Source: Alphaproteobacteria bacterium
GTDB lineage: Bacteria; Pseudomonadota; Alphaproteobacteria; MPNO01
Assembly (NCBI GenBank): GCA_965248835.1
Contig: CBDFLJ010000001.1
Location: 512,001 to 576,000, forward strand
DNA length: 64,000 nt
Reading direction: 5' to 3'
The notes beneath the pieces were generated by a model. It made no database searches. It was not told the origin of the DNA and saw only the letters and a program-made list of their open reading frames with translations. Shown here one piece after another: positions 9,790 to 18,962 of this stretch; within the stretch, counting starts at the first letter, position 1; the number at the start of each line of letters is the position of its first letter. The translations under genes and the position numbers were made by a program.

Positions 9790-10611
9790 TCAGATGGCGA
9801 TCTCGAGGATGTCTGCTACTTCCGGCCAGCTCCGGGCGCCGTTTTCCCTGAGGTCCCGGGTGAGCTGTTCCGGCATCCAGTCCAGGAAGGCGGGCTTGTA
9901 GGTGGGGCGGGATTTTATCGCGGCGAGCCACTGGGCCACCCTCGGCAGGCGGCCGTTTTCCCACATGCCTTGCATCGAAAGCATGTCCAGGCGGGTAACG
10001 TAGGGCGTCATGGCGATGTCGGCAAAGCTGAACGCGTCGCCGGCGAGCCATTGCGTCTTTTGCAGGGCCTCTTCCATCTTTTTCAGATAGTGGTCGTAGA
10101 GGGTGACCTTCTCGGCCGCGCCGGGGGCGGCGAAGCCTTCGCGGACGTAGGCCTTCTTCTGCTCGTGCCAGCCTGCGGCGACCGAGAACGGCGGGGTCGC
10201 GTTGAGGAATTCTTCGACGCCTTTGGGGCCGAGCCTGTTGATGATGTGGCGGTGGGAGGACATGAACGTCAGCGCGCCGCAGGCCAGATGGACCTCCTCG
10301 TCGACGGCCTTGGTCCAGTAACGGATTTCGGCGCAGAACACCGGGTCGTCCGGGCGGATGCGGTTTTCCGGAAAGGCATCGTCGAGGTATTCACAGATGT
10401 TGGTCGATTCGCGGATGACGATGCCGTCATCGACCAGGGTCGGCACGACCGCCTTGGGGTTGAGCTTCATGTATGCCGGATCGAACTGCCCGCCCGCCAG
10501 GATATCGATGTAGTGGCCTTCCCAGGCGAGGGCCTTTTCCTCCAGGTAGAATCGTACCTTGGCGGCGCATACCGATGAGCCGTGGTGGTAGAGTTCGAGC
10601 GTCCGGGCCAT
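9790..10611 (-). CDS. Glutathione S-transferase
   Basis: SVCAAKVR, LNPKAVVPTL, ESTNICEYL, WLAGDAFSFAD. Confidence 0.92.
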   Translation of the reverse strand: MARTLELYHHGSSVCAAKVRFYLEEKALAWEGHYIDILAGGQFDPAYMKLNPKAVVPTLVDDGIVIRESTNICEYLDDAFPENRIRPDDPVFCAEIRYWTKAVDEEVHLACGALTFMSSHRHIINRLGPKGVEEFLNATPPFSVAAGWHEQKKAYVREGFAAPGAAEKVTLYDHYLKKMEEALQKTQWLAGDAFSFADIAMTPYVTRLDMLSMQGMWENGRLPRVAQWLAAIKSRPTYKPAFLDWMPEQLTRDLRENGARSWPEVADILEIAI

Positions 10612-10713
10612 GTGCGGCCTCCTTCGGCGGTCCCCGCGCGAAGATCAGGAAGAACACCGATTCTGTCAAATTCGCAGGGAGACCGGCCGGCGTCGGCGCG
10701 CCGGGACGCGGCT

Positions 10714-11661
10714 TCAGTCCCGCCCGGACCCGGCCTCGTAGACCGGGCGGTGGCCGCCATGGCTGACCGCGCCCTTGATGGCCGATTTGGGTCGTTGCAC
10801 GCTCGCCGGGTCGGCTGCCTCGACGCCGACCGGCCGATCGCCCTTGATCGTCACCCGGTCCATGAAACGGCGCTGCGGGTAGTAGTCGTGGACCGCGTAG
10901 TGCTGGACCGAACGGTTGTCCCAGAAGGCCAGCGTGTGCAGCCGCCAGCGGTGACGGAACTGATATTCTGGGATCAGCGCCTGGTAGAACAGCGTATCGA
11001 GCAGAGACCGGCTCTCCCGCTCGTCCATGTCCTTGATACGGATCGTGAACTGTGGGTTGACGAACAGCACCTTGCGGCCGGTCACCGGATGGACCCGGAC
11101 CACCGGATGGGTCATCGGCGGGTAGAGAGTCTCGAAATGCTGCAGGGCCTTGCGGTCCTCCTCGCCGTCTCCGAACAGCGGCCTGAACGGCTTGATGTCG
11201 TGGATCGCCTCGAGACCCGAGATCAGTGCCTTCGTGCGTGCAGACAGACCGTCATAGGCCGCACGCATGCTGGCGAACATGGTGTCGCCGCCGATCTCGG
11301 GCACTTCCTTCGCGCATAGTGCGGTCGCCATCGGCGGCGCGGCGCGGAACGTCTCGTCGGAATGCCAGACGTCGGTACCGAACGGCGGGTTATCCTCGCT
11401 GTTCTCGAACCTGATCAGCGCCGGGCTGTGCGCGTCATGCGGCGCAAACGGGTGAACCGAGAGCTCGCCGAACCGCTCGCCGAAGGCGAGGAGTTCGGCG
11501 GAGGTGATCTCCTGATCGTGGAAGATCAGGAGTTCGTGCTCGGCCAGCGCGTCGTGGATCGCCCGATAGGCCTCTTCGTCCAGCGGGCGCCGCAGATCGA
11601 CGCCGCTGACCTCTGCACCGAGACTGGCGCCGACCCGGCGGATCGTCAGGGCATTGCTCAT
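10714..11661 (-). CDS. TauD/TfdA-family Fe(II)/2-oxoglutarate dioxygenase
   Basis: WHSDETF (HxD), GGDTMF, HPVVRVHPVTGRK, WDNRSVQH, RFMDR. Confidence 0.92.
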   Translation of the reverse strand: MSNALTIRRVGASLGAEVSGVDLRRPLDEEAYRAIHDALAEHELLIFHDQEITSAELLAFGERFGELSVHPFAPHDAHSPALIRFENSEDNPPFGTDVWHSDETFRAAPPMATALCAKEVPEIGGDTMFASMRAAYDGLSARTKALISGLEAIHDIKPFRPLFGDGEEDRKALQHFETLYPPMTHPVVRVHPVTGRKVLFVNPQFTIRIKDMDERESRSLLDTLFYQALIPEYQFRHRWRLHTLAFWDNRSVQHYAVHDYYPQRRFMDRVTIKGDRPVGVEAADPASVQRPKSAIKGAVSHGGHRPVYEAGSGRD

Positions 11662-11705
11662 CGGTCGCTCTCCCAGGCAGGACCAGACCTTACGTCAAAG
11701 ACCGG

Positions 11706-13028
11706 TCAATCGGCCAGCAGGCGCGGCATGATCAGGGTCAGGGTGGGGAAGGCGATGATGATCGCAACCCGGACGGCATCCGAGGCGAGGAACGGGATCA
11801 CGCCCTTGAAGGTCTCGATCATCGGAATGTCGCGCGCCAGCGAGTTGATGACGAAGACGTTGAGCCCGACCGGCGGCGTGATCAGCCCGACCTCGACAAC
11901 GATCAAGGAGATGATGCCGAACCACAGCTTCAGGTCCTCGGCGCCCAGGCCGAATTCGAGCCCGGCAATGATCGGCCAGAAGATCGGCACCGTCAGCAGG
12001 ATCATCGACAGCGAATCCATGACGAAGCCGAGGACCAGATAGAGCCCGATCATGCCGAACAGCACCACCATCGGCGTCAGCCCGGAGTTCTGGAAATAGT
12101 CAGCAGCGTAAATCGGTAGCTGCGAGAACCCGAGGAAGGCGTTGAACACCGCCGCGCCCAGGAGGATCAGAAAGATCATCGCGGTGGTCGAGGCGGTGCC
12201 CAGCAGCGCATCGATGAAGCCTGCAAGGCGCATGCCGCCCTTGGTGACGGCGATCACGAAGGTCCCGACGGCCCCGATCGCGGCGGCCTCGGTCGGGGTG
12301 AAGATGCCGACATAGATGCCGCCCATCACCAGGAGGAAGATCACCAGCACCGGCCATATGTCGATCAGCGCCGCCCATTGCTCGGCCGCCGCGGCCCGGG
12401 CGCCGGCGGGGCCGGCTTCGGGGTTGACGCGCACCACGATCGCGATCGTCAGGATATAGCCGATCGCGGCCAGGATGCCCGGGATGAAGGCCGCCTGGAA
12501 CAGGGTGGCGACGTTGGCCTCGACCATCACCGCGTAGATGATCAGCACGATCGAGGGCGGGATGAGGATGCCGAGCGTGCCGCCGGCGGCCAGCGCGCCG
12601 GTGGCCAGCGATCCGGCATAGTTGTAGCGCCGCAGTTCCGGCAGGGCGACCTCGCCCATGATCGCCGCTGTCGCGAGCGAGGAGCCGGAGATCGAGGCGA
12701 ACCCGGCACAGCCGCCGACGGCCGCCATCGCGATGCCGCCGCGACGGTGGCCGAGCCACACATTGGCCGCACGGAACAGCGACTGGCTGATGCCGGCCTT
12801 GGCCGCGAACTGGCCCATCAGCAGAAACAGCGGCACGACTGACAGATCGTCGTTGGTGAACCGCCAATAGGTCTCGGTCTTCAGGTAGCTCAACAGCGCC
12901 GTCGTCCCGGCGATGCTGACATAGCCGATCATGCCCACGCTCAGCATCGAGACGCCGATCGGGATGCGCACGGCCAGCAGCGCCAGAAGGGCCGCGAACC
13001 CGATGCCTCCGATCAGCAAGCCGCTCAT
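11706..13028 (-). CDS. dctM: TRAP transporter large permease
   Basis: VPLFLLMG, ISGSSLAT, GGTLGILIPPS, FTPTEAA, ITPPVGLN. Confidence 0.93.
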   Translation of the reverse strand: MSGLLIGGIGFAALLALLAVRIPIGVSMLSVGMIGYVSIAGTTALLSYLKTETYWRFTNDDLSVVPLFLLMGQFAAKAGISQSLFRAANVWLGHRRGGIAMAAVGGCAGFASISGSSLATAAIMGEVALPELRRYNYAGSLATGALAAGGTLGILIPPSIVLIIYAVMVEANVATLFQAAFIPGILAAIGYILTIAIVVRVNPEAGPAGARAAAAEQWAALIDIWPVLVIFLLVMGGIYVGIFTPTEAAAIGAVGTFVIAVTKGGMRLAGFIDALLGTASTTAMIFLILLGAAVFNAFLGFSQLPIYAADYFQNSGLTPMVVLFGMIGLYLVLGFVMDSLSMILLTVPIFWPIIAGLEFGLGAEDLKLWFGIISLIVVEVGLITPPVGLNVFVINSLARDIPMIETFKGVIPFLASDAVRVAIIIAFPTLTLIMPRLLAD

Positions 13029-13033
13029 CGGGT

Positions 13034-13582
13034 CTAGGACATCGGCTGGTCGTCGAAGAAACGGCCGGCGCGCATCTCCGCGATGCTCCGAAAGACCGTA
13101 TATCCGGTGACCACGATGAGGAAGGCCATCAGCAGCACCGAGATCGGGAAGGTCGTCCAGCGCGGGAAATTGATGGTCAGCGACTTCTCCGAATACTGGT
13201 ACATGTCGATCCCGCCATAGACCATGCGCCAGGTGAGCAGCGCGCCCAGAGCGACGTAGACCATCGCGCCCACCGCATCGCAGAACGCCTTGGCGCGCAC
13301 CGACGCGTGGTTCATGAAGAAATCGACGAGCACGTTGCCGCGCCTTAGCTGGCACCACGGCAGAAAGGCGAAGACGGCGATGCCGGTCCCGATCGCCACA
13401 AGCTCGAAATCGCCGCGGACCGGCTCGGAGAACGCCGCCCGCCCGGTGATGCTCACCGCCGTCATCAGCGCCAAGCCGCACAGGATCACACCGCCGAAGA
13501 TGGCAAGCGCGCGGGATGTGCGGTAAAGGGCCTGGCCCACCGGATCGGTGGGCCAGGCCGAATGCTCAGATCCTTCCGCCAT
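13034..13582 (-). CDS. dctQ: TRAP transporter small permease
   Basis: Four hydrophobic segments, GDFELV and RGNVLVD; located between dctP and dctM. Confidence 0.88.
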   Translation of the reverse strand: MAEGSEHSAWPTDPVGQALYRTSRALAIFGGVILCGLALMTAVSITGRAAFSEPVRGDFELVAIGTGIAVFAFLPWCQLRRGNVLVDFFMNHASVRAKAFCDAVGAMVYVALGALLTWRMVYGGIDMYQYSEKSLTINFPRWTTFPISVLLMAFLIVVTGYTVFRSIAEMRAGRFFDDQPMS

Positions 13583-13626
13583 CGTGTCCTCGTGCCGCCC
13601 CGAACGCCGCGGGACGGTGGGTCACC

Positions 13627-14673
13627 CTATTTCGAGTATTTGTCAATCAGCGCCCGGGCATCGGCGAGCAGCGCCGGGCCGTCGACGCCGACCTTCTTCA
13701 TTTCCGAGAACCAGCGCTCGAAGACCGGCTCGGCCGCGGCCTTCATCTTGGCGACCTCGGCCGGCGCGATGGTGTAGAACTTGTTCTTCTTCCGCGACTG
13801 GACGACCTTCAGCCCGGGCTCTTCGATATCCACCCAGTTCTGCCCGGCCGCGCGTGCGATGTTGCGGCCCGAATTGGCATCGACCACGTCTTTCAGCTCC
13901 CTCGACAGGCGGTTGTAGCTCGCCTTGTTCATCAGGAAGGTGAACACGTTGGTGCCGAGCCGCGGCTGCGCGCCGGACAGTTTGGAGAAATGGCTGACGA
14001 GGTCGGGCGTCTTGACCGCCGGCGCAATCTCGTAAGGCAGGGTGACGCCGTCGATGACGCCCTTGGACAGTGCGGGTGGGATGCGCGGCAGCGGCAGCCC
14101 GATCCCCGTCGCGCCCAACGCCTCCAGGAGCCACACCCCGCCGCGCGAGGCGGCGCGGATCTTGAGCCCTTTGAGGTCGGCCATCGTCCTGATCGGCGTC
14201 TTGGTCTGGAACAGGAAGCCGGCATGGACGTGCAGCAGCAGCGGGTGATAGTCCTTCAGATCGGTCGTCATCAGGTGCTTGTGCTGGTAGTCCTGCATGG
14301 CCAGCGTGGTGGACAGCGCGTCCTTGTGCACGAACGGCAGCTCGAACGGCTCTACGCGCGGCATCCTGCCCGGGGTGAAGCCCGGCAGCGCCCAGACGAT
14401 GTCGACCACCCCGTCGCGCGCCTGATCGAGAAGCTGGGTGGCCTTGCCGCCGAGCTGCATCGCCCAGAACGGCTGGACCTTTAGCTTGCCGCCCGAAGCC
14501 TCGCCGATCTTCTTGGCCCACGGGATCAGGAAGGTCTTCGACGGGTTCGCGACCGGCGGGATGAAGGTGTGCATGCGTAGCGTGACGTCTTGCGCCTTTG
14601 CCGGCGGCGCAAGCCCTGCCAGCGGCACCATCAGAACCGCGGCGCCCGCCACGACGACGGAAATCCTTTTCAT
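13627..14673 (-). CDS. dctP: TRAP substrate-binding protein
   Basis: Signal peptide MKRISVVVAGAAVL...AKA; MQLGG, DGVVDI, FELPF, DLKGLKIR, LSKGVIDG. Confidence 0.92.
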   Translation of the reverse strand: MKRISVVVAGAAVLMVPLAGLAPPAKAQDVTLRMHTFIPPVANPSKTFLIPWAKKIGEASGGKLKVQPFWAMQLGGKATQLLDQARDGVVDIVWALPGFTPGRMPRVEPFELPFVHKDALSTTLAMQDYQHKHLMTTDLKDYHPLLLHVHAGFLFQTKTPIRTMADLKGLKIRAASRGGVWLLEALGATGIGLPLPRIPPALSKGVIDGVTLPYEIAPAVKTPDLVSHFSKLSGAQPRLGTNVFTFLMNKASYNRLSRELKDVVDANSGRNIARAAGQNWVDIEEPGLKVVQSRKKNKFYTIAPAEVAKMKAAAEPVFERWFSEMKKVGVDGPALLADARALIDKYSK

Positions 14674-14859
14674 TTTCGCCTCTCCGAGTGTTTCCTCGCA
14701 AAGGACAAAATCAGGGTGAGAATGGCTTGTAAAGCCAATTGATGGGCGATCGAGAGAATTTCTCGGCCGACCAGGCCGGGCAAGACAAGCCGCGGGCCGC
14801 GCTTTGTTGTCGGCGCGGCAAACGGTCGGTATCGTCGCGACGCACCGGAGTGGAACGGA

Positions 14860-15873
14860 GTGGGCATGGGCGCGCGCGGTCGCTGCGGCATGATGCTGGC
14901 GTGGCTCGCCCTGGCGGTCGCGCCGCTTACGGGTGCGGCCGGCGGCGCGGAAAAGCTTGTCTTCGGGACCAACTGGAAGGCCGAGGCCGAGCATGGCGGC
15001 TTCTACCAGGCACTGGCCGAGGGCCGCTATGCGAAGCACGGCCTGGCGGTCGAGATCCGCGAGGGCGGGCCGATGGTCAACGTCGCCCACCTCCTGGCCG
15101 CCGGCGTGCTTGATGCGGCGATGATCTCCAACAACGCCCAGGCGATCAATTTCCTGCTCAACGACATCCCGATGGTGACCATCGCGGCCTTCTTCCAGAA
15201 GGACCCGCAGGTCCTGCTCGTCCACCCCGGCAGCGCCTACCGGTCGATCGCGGAGATGAAGGGCCGGCCGATCATGATCTCGGCCGACACGCGCGAGGCC
15301 TGGTGGCGCTACCTCGCGCTCAAGTTCGGCTTCACCGACGCGCAGATCCGTCCCTATACCTTCCAGATGGCGCCGTTCCTGGTCGACAACCAGGCGATCC
15401 AGCAGGGCTATGTGACGTCGGAGCCCTTCATCCTCGCGCGCGAGGGGGTCAAGGCCCGGGTCTTTCTCGTGGCCGATACCGGCTGGCCGAGCTATTCCAC
15501 CCTGGTGACGACGTCCAAGGCGCTGGCAGTGAAAAAACCGAAGGTGATCCAGGCCTTCATCAATGCCTCGATCGAAGGCTGGTACAGCTACCTCTACGGC
15601 AACCCGCGCCCCGGCAACGCGCTGATCCTGGCCGAGAACCCGGAGATGACCGAGGAGTTGATCGCCTACGGCATCGCCAAGATGAAAGAGCATGGCATCG
15701 TCGATTCGGGCGACACGCTCAAGCTCGGCATCGGCGCGATGACCCGGCCGCGGCTTCAGGCCTTCTTCGACGTGATGGCCAAGGCCGGCGTCTATCCGAA
15801 ATCGTTGGACCACCGCGCCGCCTTCGACCTCGGCTTCGTCAACCGGTCCCACGCGCTGGAGATGCGCCCATGA
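14860..15873 (+). CDS. ABC substrate-binding protein, NMT1/THI5-like (NitT/TauT family)
   Basis: TNWKAEAEHGGFYQA, GGP, FQKDPQ, QQGYVTSEPF; signal peptide (start may be 14890). Confidence 0.88.
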   Translation: MGMGARGRCGMMLAWLALAVAPLTGAAGGAEKLVFGTNWKAEAEHGGFYQALAEGRYAKHGLAVEIREGGPMVNVAHLLAAGVLDAAMISNNAQAINFLLNDIPMVTIAAFFQKDPQVLLVHPGSAYRSIAEMKGRPIMISADTREAWWRYLALKFGFTDAQIRPYTFQMAPFLVDNQAIQQGYVTSEPFILAREGVKARVFLVADTGWPSYSTLVTTSKALAVKKPKVIQAFINASIEGWYSYLYGNPRPGNALILAENPEMTEELIAYGIAKMKEHGIVDSGDTLKLGIGAMTRPRLQAFFDVMAKAGVYPKSLDHRAAFDLGFVNRSHALEMRP

Positions 15874-15960
15874 CCGGCCGCGTGCCGACGCCGGCGCTCG
15901 CGGTTTCGGGCTGCGCGAGGCTTTCGCCGGCACCGGGTCCACATGCTGTTCCTGCCGGCC
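15870..15960 (+). pseudogene. Possible N-terminal stub of a deleted ABC ATP-binding subunit
   Basis: ATGA overlap with the binding-protein stop; MTGRVPTPALAVSGCAR resembles an ATPase N-terminus, then decays with no Walker A. Confidence 0.35.
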
Positions 15961-16009
15961 TTCGGCACCGCTTGTTGGTGCAGGAGCTGCGTGCGAGGAT
16001 CGGCCGGCG

Positions 16010-16975
16010 ATGCCAGAACTGCCCGATATCGTCGTCTATATCGAGTGCCTGGAGCGGCGTATAGCGGGCGCGCGGCTGGACAAGGTCTCGGTGAGGGGCC
16101 CCAACCTGCTGAAGACCTATGACCCGCCGTTGAGCGAGGCCTTCGGCCGGCGGGTGACGGGCCTGCGGCGGATCGGCAAGCGCATCGCGGTCGGCCTGGA
16201 GGGCGATCTTCACCTGGTGCTGCATTTGATGATCGCCGGACGGCTGCACTGGCACGACCAAGGCGTCGAACCGCCGCCGCTTCGCGGGCTTGCCGCCTTC
16301 GCCTTCGATACCGGAACGCTGGTGCTGACAGAGGCGGGCACCAAGCGGCGCGCATCGCTCCACGTGGTCGCTGGGGAGGTGGAGCTCGCAGCGCTCGACC
16401 CGGGCGGGATCGAGGTGCTGAGTGCCGGTGCGGACGGCTTCGCCGAACGGCTCCGATCGGTCAACCACACGCTCAAGCGCGCCCTGACCGATCCGCGCAT
16501 CTTCAGCGGCATCGGCAACGCCTATTCGGACGAGATCCTCCACCGCGCGCGGCTCTCGCCGGTAGCCAGGGTCCAGGCGTTGAGCGAGGCGCAGATCACC
16601 GCGCTCCATGACGCGACCTGCGGCGTGCTCGAGGATTGGACCGAAGCCCTGCGCGCGGAGACCGGCGCCGGCTTTCCCAGGAAGGTGACCGCCTTCCGTA
16701 AGGGGATGGCCGTCCACGGCCGCTACCGCGAGCCCTGCCCGGACTGCGGCGCGCCGGTTCAGCGGATCGTCCATGCGGACAACGAGACCAACTACTGTGC
16801 GCGCTGCCAGTCCGATGGCAAGCTGCTCGCCGACCGGTCGCTGTCCCGGCTGCTGAAGGAGGACTGGCCGCGCACGATCGACGAGTTCGAAGCCTTGGAC
16901 AAGGCGCTCGTGAAGAACCGGCGGACCGGCCGCTCCCAGGGCGGTCTCAACCGGGCCCGCCGGCCGGGCCATTGA
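16010..16975 (+). CDS. Fpg/Nei-family DNA glycosylase/AP lyase
   Basis: N-terminal PELPD, RIGK, HLMIAG, H2TH motif SGIGNAYSDEIL, zinc finger CPDC...CARCQ. Confidence 0.92.
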   Translation: MPELPDIVVYIECLERRIAGARLDKVSVRGPNLLKTYDPPLSEAFGRRVTGLRRIGKRIAVGLEGDLHLVLHLMIAGRLHWHDQGVEPPPLRGLAAFAFDTGTLVLTEAGTKRRASLHVVAGEVELAALDPGGIEVLSAGADGFAERLRSVNHTLKRALTDPRIFSGIGNAYSDEILHRARLSPVARVQALSEAQITALHDATCGVLEDWTEALRAETGAGFPRKVTAFRKGMAVHGRYREPCPDCGAPVQRIVHADNETNYCARCQSDGKLLADRSLSRLLKEDWPRTIDEFEALDKALVKNRRTGRSQGGLNRARRPGH

Positions 16976-17044
16976 CCGCGCGGGTCCGGCTTACTAATCC
17001 TTTCGGCGCACGAGGGCACCCGAAACCGGCCGGCGTTAGAGGCG

Positions 17045-17299
17045 ATGAAAGCGCAGTCCAAGGCTTTTCTGCCGGCGATCGCCGTTATTGCGATCCTCGC
17101 CGCGCCGCTCGGCGGCTGCGCAAGCAAGCCGGGCGGGGGGGGCATCCTCGCCCACGCATGCCAGACCCGGTCCTGCACCTGCGAAGCGCAGGAGGCCGAG
17201 CCGTTCCGCAGAAGAGCAACCACCGAGGTGCTGTGGCGGGTGAACGGCGATGCCTACTGCCCCGAGGGTTTCGTCCTCAAATCGACCGACGCCAACTGA
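17045..17299 (+). CDS. Small Cys-rich lipoprotein of unknown function
   Basis: MK + hydrophobic core + LGGC lipobox; four further Cys; GAGG RBS. Confidence 0.7.
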   Translation: MKAQSKAFLPAIAVIAILAAPLGGCASKPGGGGILAHACQTRSCTCEAQEAEPFRRRATTEVLWRVNGDAYCPEGFVLKSTDAN

Positions 17300-17312
17300 A
17301 CCGGACCTCCGC

Positions 17313-18176
17313 TCAGCGCTCGGCCTTGACCGGGTTGGACAGAACGCCGATTCCCTCGATCTCGATCTCGCAGGTGTCGCCGCGCTTCATGAAAATCGGC
17401 GGCTTGCGTACGAAGCCGACGCCGGCCGGCGTTCCGGTGACGAACATGTCGCCGGGCTCGAGCGTGAAGATCGTGCTGGCTTCCTTGATCAGCGTCGCCA
17501 CGTCGAAGATCATCGCCGCGGTGGTCGAGGACTGCAGTACCGCACGGTTCAGCCTGCACTCGATCTTGAGCCCTTTGGCGCCCTTGGGCAGCTCGTCGGG
17601 GGTGACGAGTTCCGGCCCGATGGCGCCGCTGCGGTCGAAGTTCTTGCCGATTGTCCACTGCGAGGTGCGCATCTGGAAGTCGCGGACCGAGCCCTCGTTG
17701 GCGATGGTGTAGCCGGCCACGTGGTCGAGCGCCCTGGATTTGGCGATCCGGCGCCCCGGCTTGCCGATGACCACGACCAGCTCCGCCTCGTAGTCGAAAT
17801 GCTTCGATGCCTTGGGGCGGATCAGCGGCTGGCGGTGGCCGACGAACGAGGCCGTGGTGCGCATGAACAGCACCGGATAGTCCGGCGGGGTCAGGTTGGC
17901 CTCGGCCGCGTGGTCGCTGTAGTTCAGCCCGACGCAGATGATCTTGCCCGGGTTGGTGATCGGCGGAAGGTAGCTCACCCGGCCCCTGACGACCGCCTCC
18001 CGCGGTGGCCGGCGTGCGGCGCGCGCAGCCTTTGCCATCGCGCCCTTGCCGGCGGTGAGCAGGCCGATCATGTCGCGCGGCAGTTCGGGCGCGGCAACCG
18101 AAAGGTCGACCAGCCCGGCCGCGCCGCGCACGCCGATGGCGGCCTCGCGGCCGCGCTTGAAGCTCACTAGACGCAT
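17313..18176 (-). CDS. Fumarylacetoacetate hydrolase-family protein
   Basis: KIICVGLNYSDH, DYEAEL, GKNFD, LEPGD, TGTPAGVG. Confidence 0.93.
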   Translation of the reverse strand: MRLVSFKRGREAAIGVRGAAGLVDLSVAAPELPRDMIGLLTAGKGAMAKAARAARRPPREAVVRGRVSYLPPITNPGKIICVGLNYSDHAAEANLTPPDYPVLFMRTTASFVGHRQPLIRPKASKHFDYEAELVVVIGKPGRRIAKSRALDHVAGYTIANEGSVRDFQMRTSQWTIGKNFDRSGAIGPELVTPDELPKGAKGLKIECRLNRAVLQSSTTAAMIFDVATLIKEASTIFTLEPGDMFVTGTPAGVGFVRKPPIFMKRGDTCEIEIEGIGVLSNPVKAER

Positions 18177-18220
18177 CTCTGTCTCCCTGGTGTTGAGGCT
18201 GCGGGTTTCGTCTTCGCGGC

Positions 18221-18943
18221 CTAGTTCTCCGGATCCCCGTCGGTCAAGTAATCCCACATGCGCTCGAAGATCCGGCCGGTGGTGGCGGCCCGCGCGCTTG
18301 CCTCCTCCAGCGGGATCTCGACAGACTCTGCGTTGCCGCCGATCGCTAGCACCGCAAGCTCGGTCCGCGCCGCTTCTTCGAGGTAGAACGCCATCACGAT
18401 GCTCTCCTCGACCGTTTCGCCGGTCAGGATCACGCCGTTGCCGCGCATCACGATTGCGCGCGCCTCGCCCAGCGTCTCGGCAAGGCGGCGCGCCGTCTCG
18501 TCCGAACGCAGCAGCGCCGGATCGTCCCACAGCACCGGCCCCGGCGCGAAGTAGCAGCCGAAGCCGTGCCGGGCGCGCGGCGTCCGGCGGAAGGTCGACA
18601 AGGTCATGGTCTCGCGCAGGAAAGTCCGGCAGATGCCGTTGACGTCCGGGCGCCGGCGATAGATCTGCTGATGGCAACGCACCTCGCCCAAAACGCCCTC
18701 GGGCAACGGGCCGTCGATTGCGACCACCGTCCCGTCCTCGCCGACGCGGATCTGCCCCATCGGCTTGGCCGCGCAGACCAGGAACCGGTCCGCATCAAGC
18801 CGGGCACTGACATGGCCGTAGGCATGGCCGAGGTCGTGTCGGGCGAGCGCGCGGGCGGCCTTACGGACGCGCCGCTGGGTCGTCTCCAGCGGCTCGCCGA
18901 GCGTTCCGAACGCCGTTTCAGCCAATCGCCTGCCTTTCTTCAC
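18221..18943 (-). CDS. Class II aldolase-fold protein, CmtD/DhbB-like decarboxylase
   Basis: AARALARH, HAYGHVSAR, GEVRCHQQIY, MRGNG; adjacent to CmtC-like dioxygenase. Confidence 0.75.
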   Translation of the reverse strand: MKKGRRLAETAFGTLGEPLETTQRRVRKAARALARHDLGHAYGHVSARLDADRFLVCAAKPMGQIRVGEDGTVVAIDGPLPEGVLGEVRCHQQIYRRRPDVNGICRTFLRETMTLSTFRRTPRARHGFGCYFAPGPVLWDDPALLRSDETARRLAETLGEARAIVMRGNGVILTGETVEESIVMAFYLEEAARTELAVLAIGGNAESVEIPLEEASARAATTGRIFERMWDYLTDGDPEN

Positions 18944-18962
18944 CTGGGCCGCCCGCTCGAGG

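Noticed and set aside
13627-15942. 771-aa ORF containing DctP
   Set aside because: The upstream part is antisense to the NMT1 binding-protein gene; the signal peptide starts at 14673
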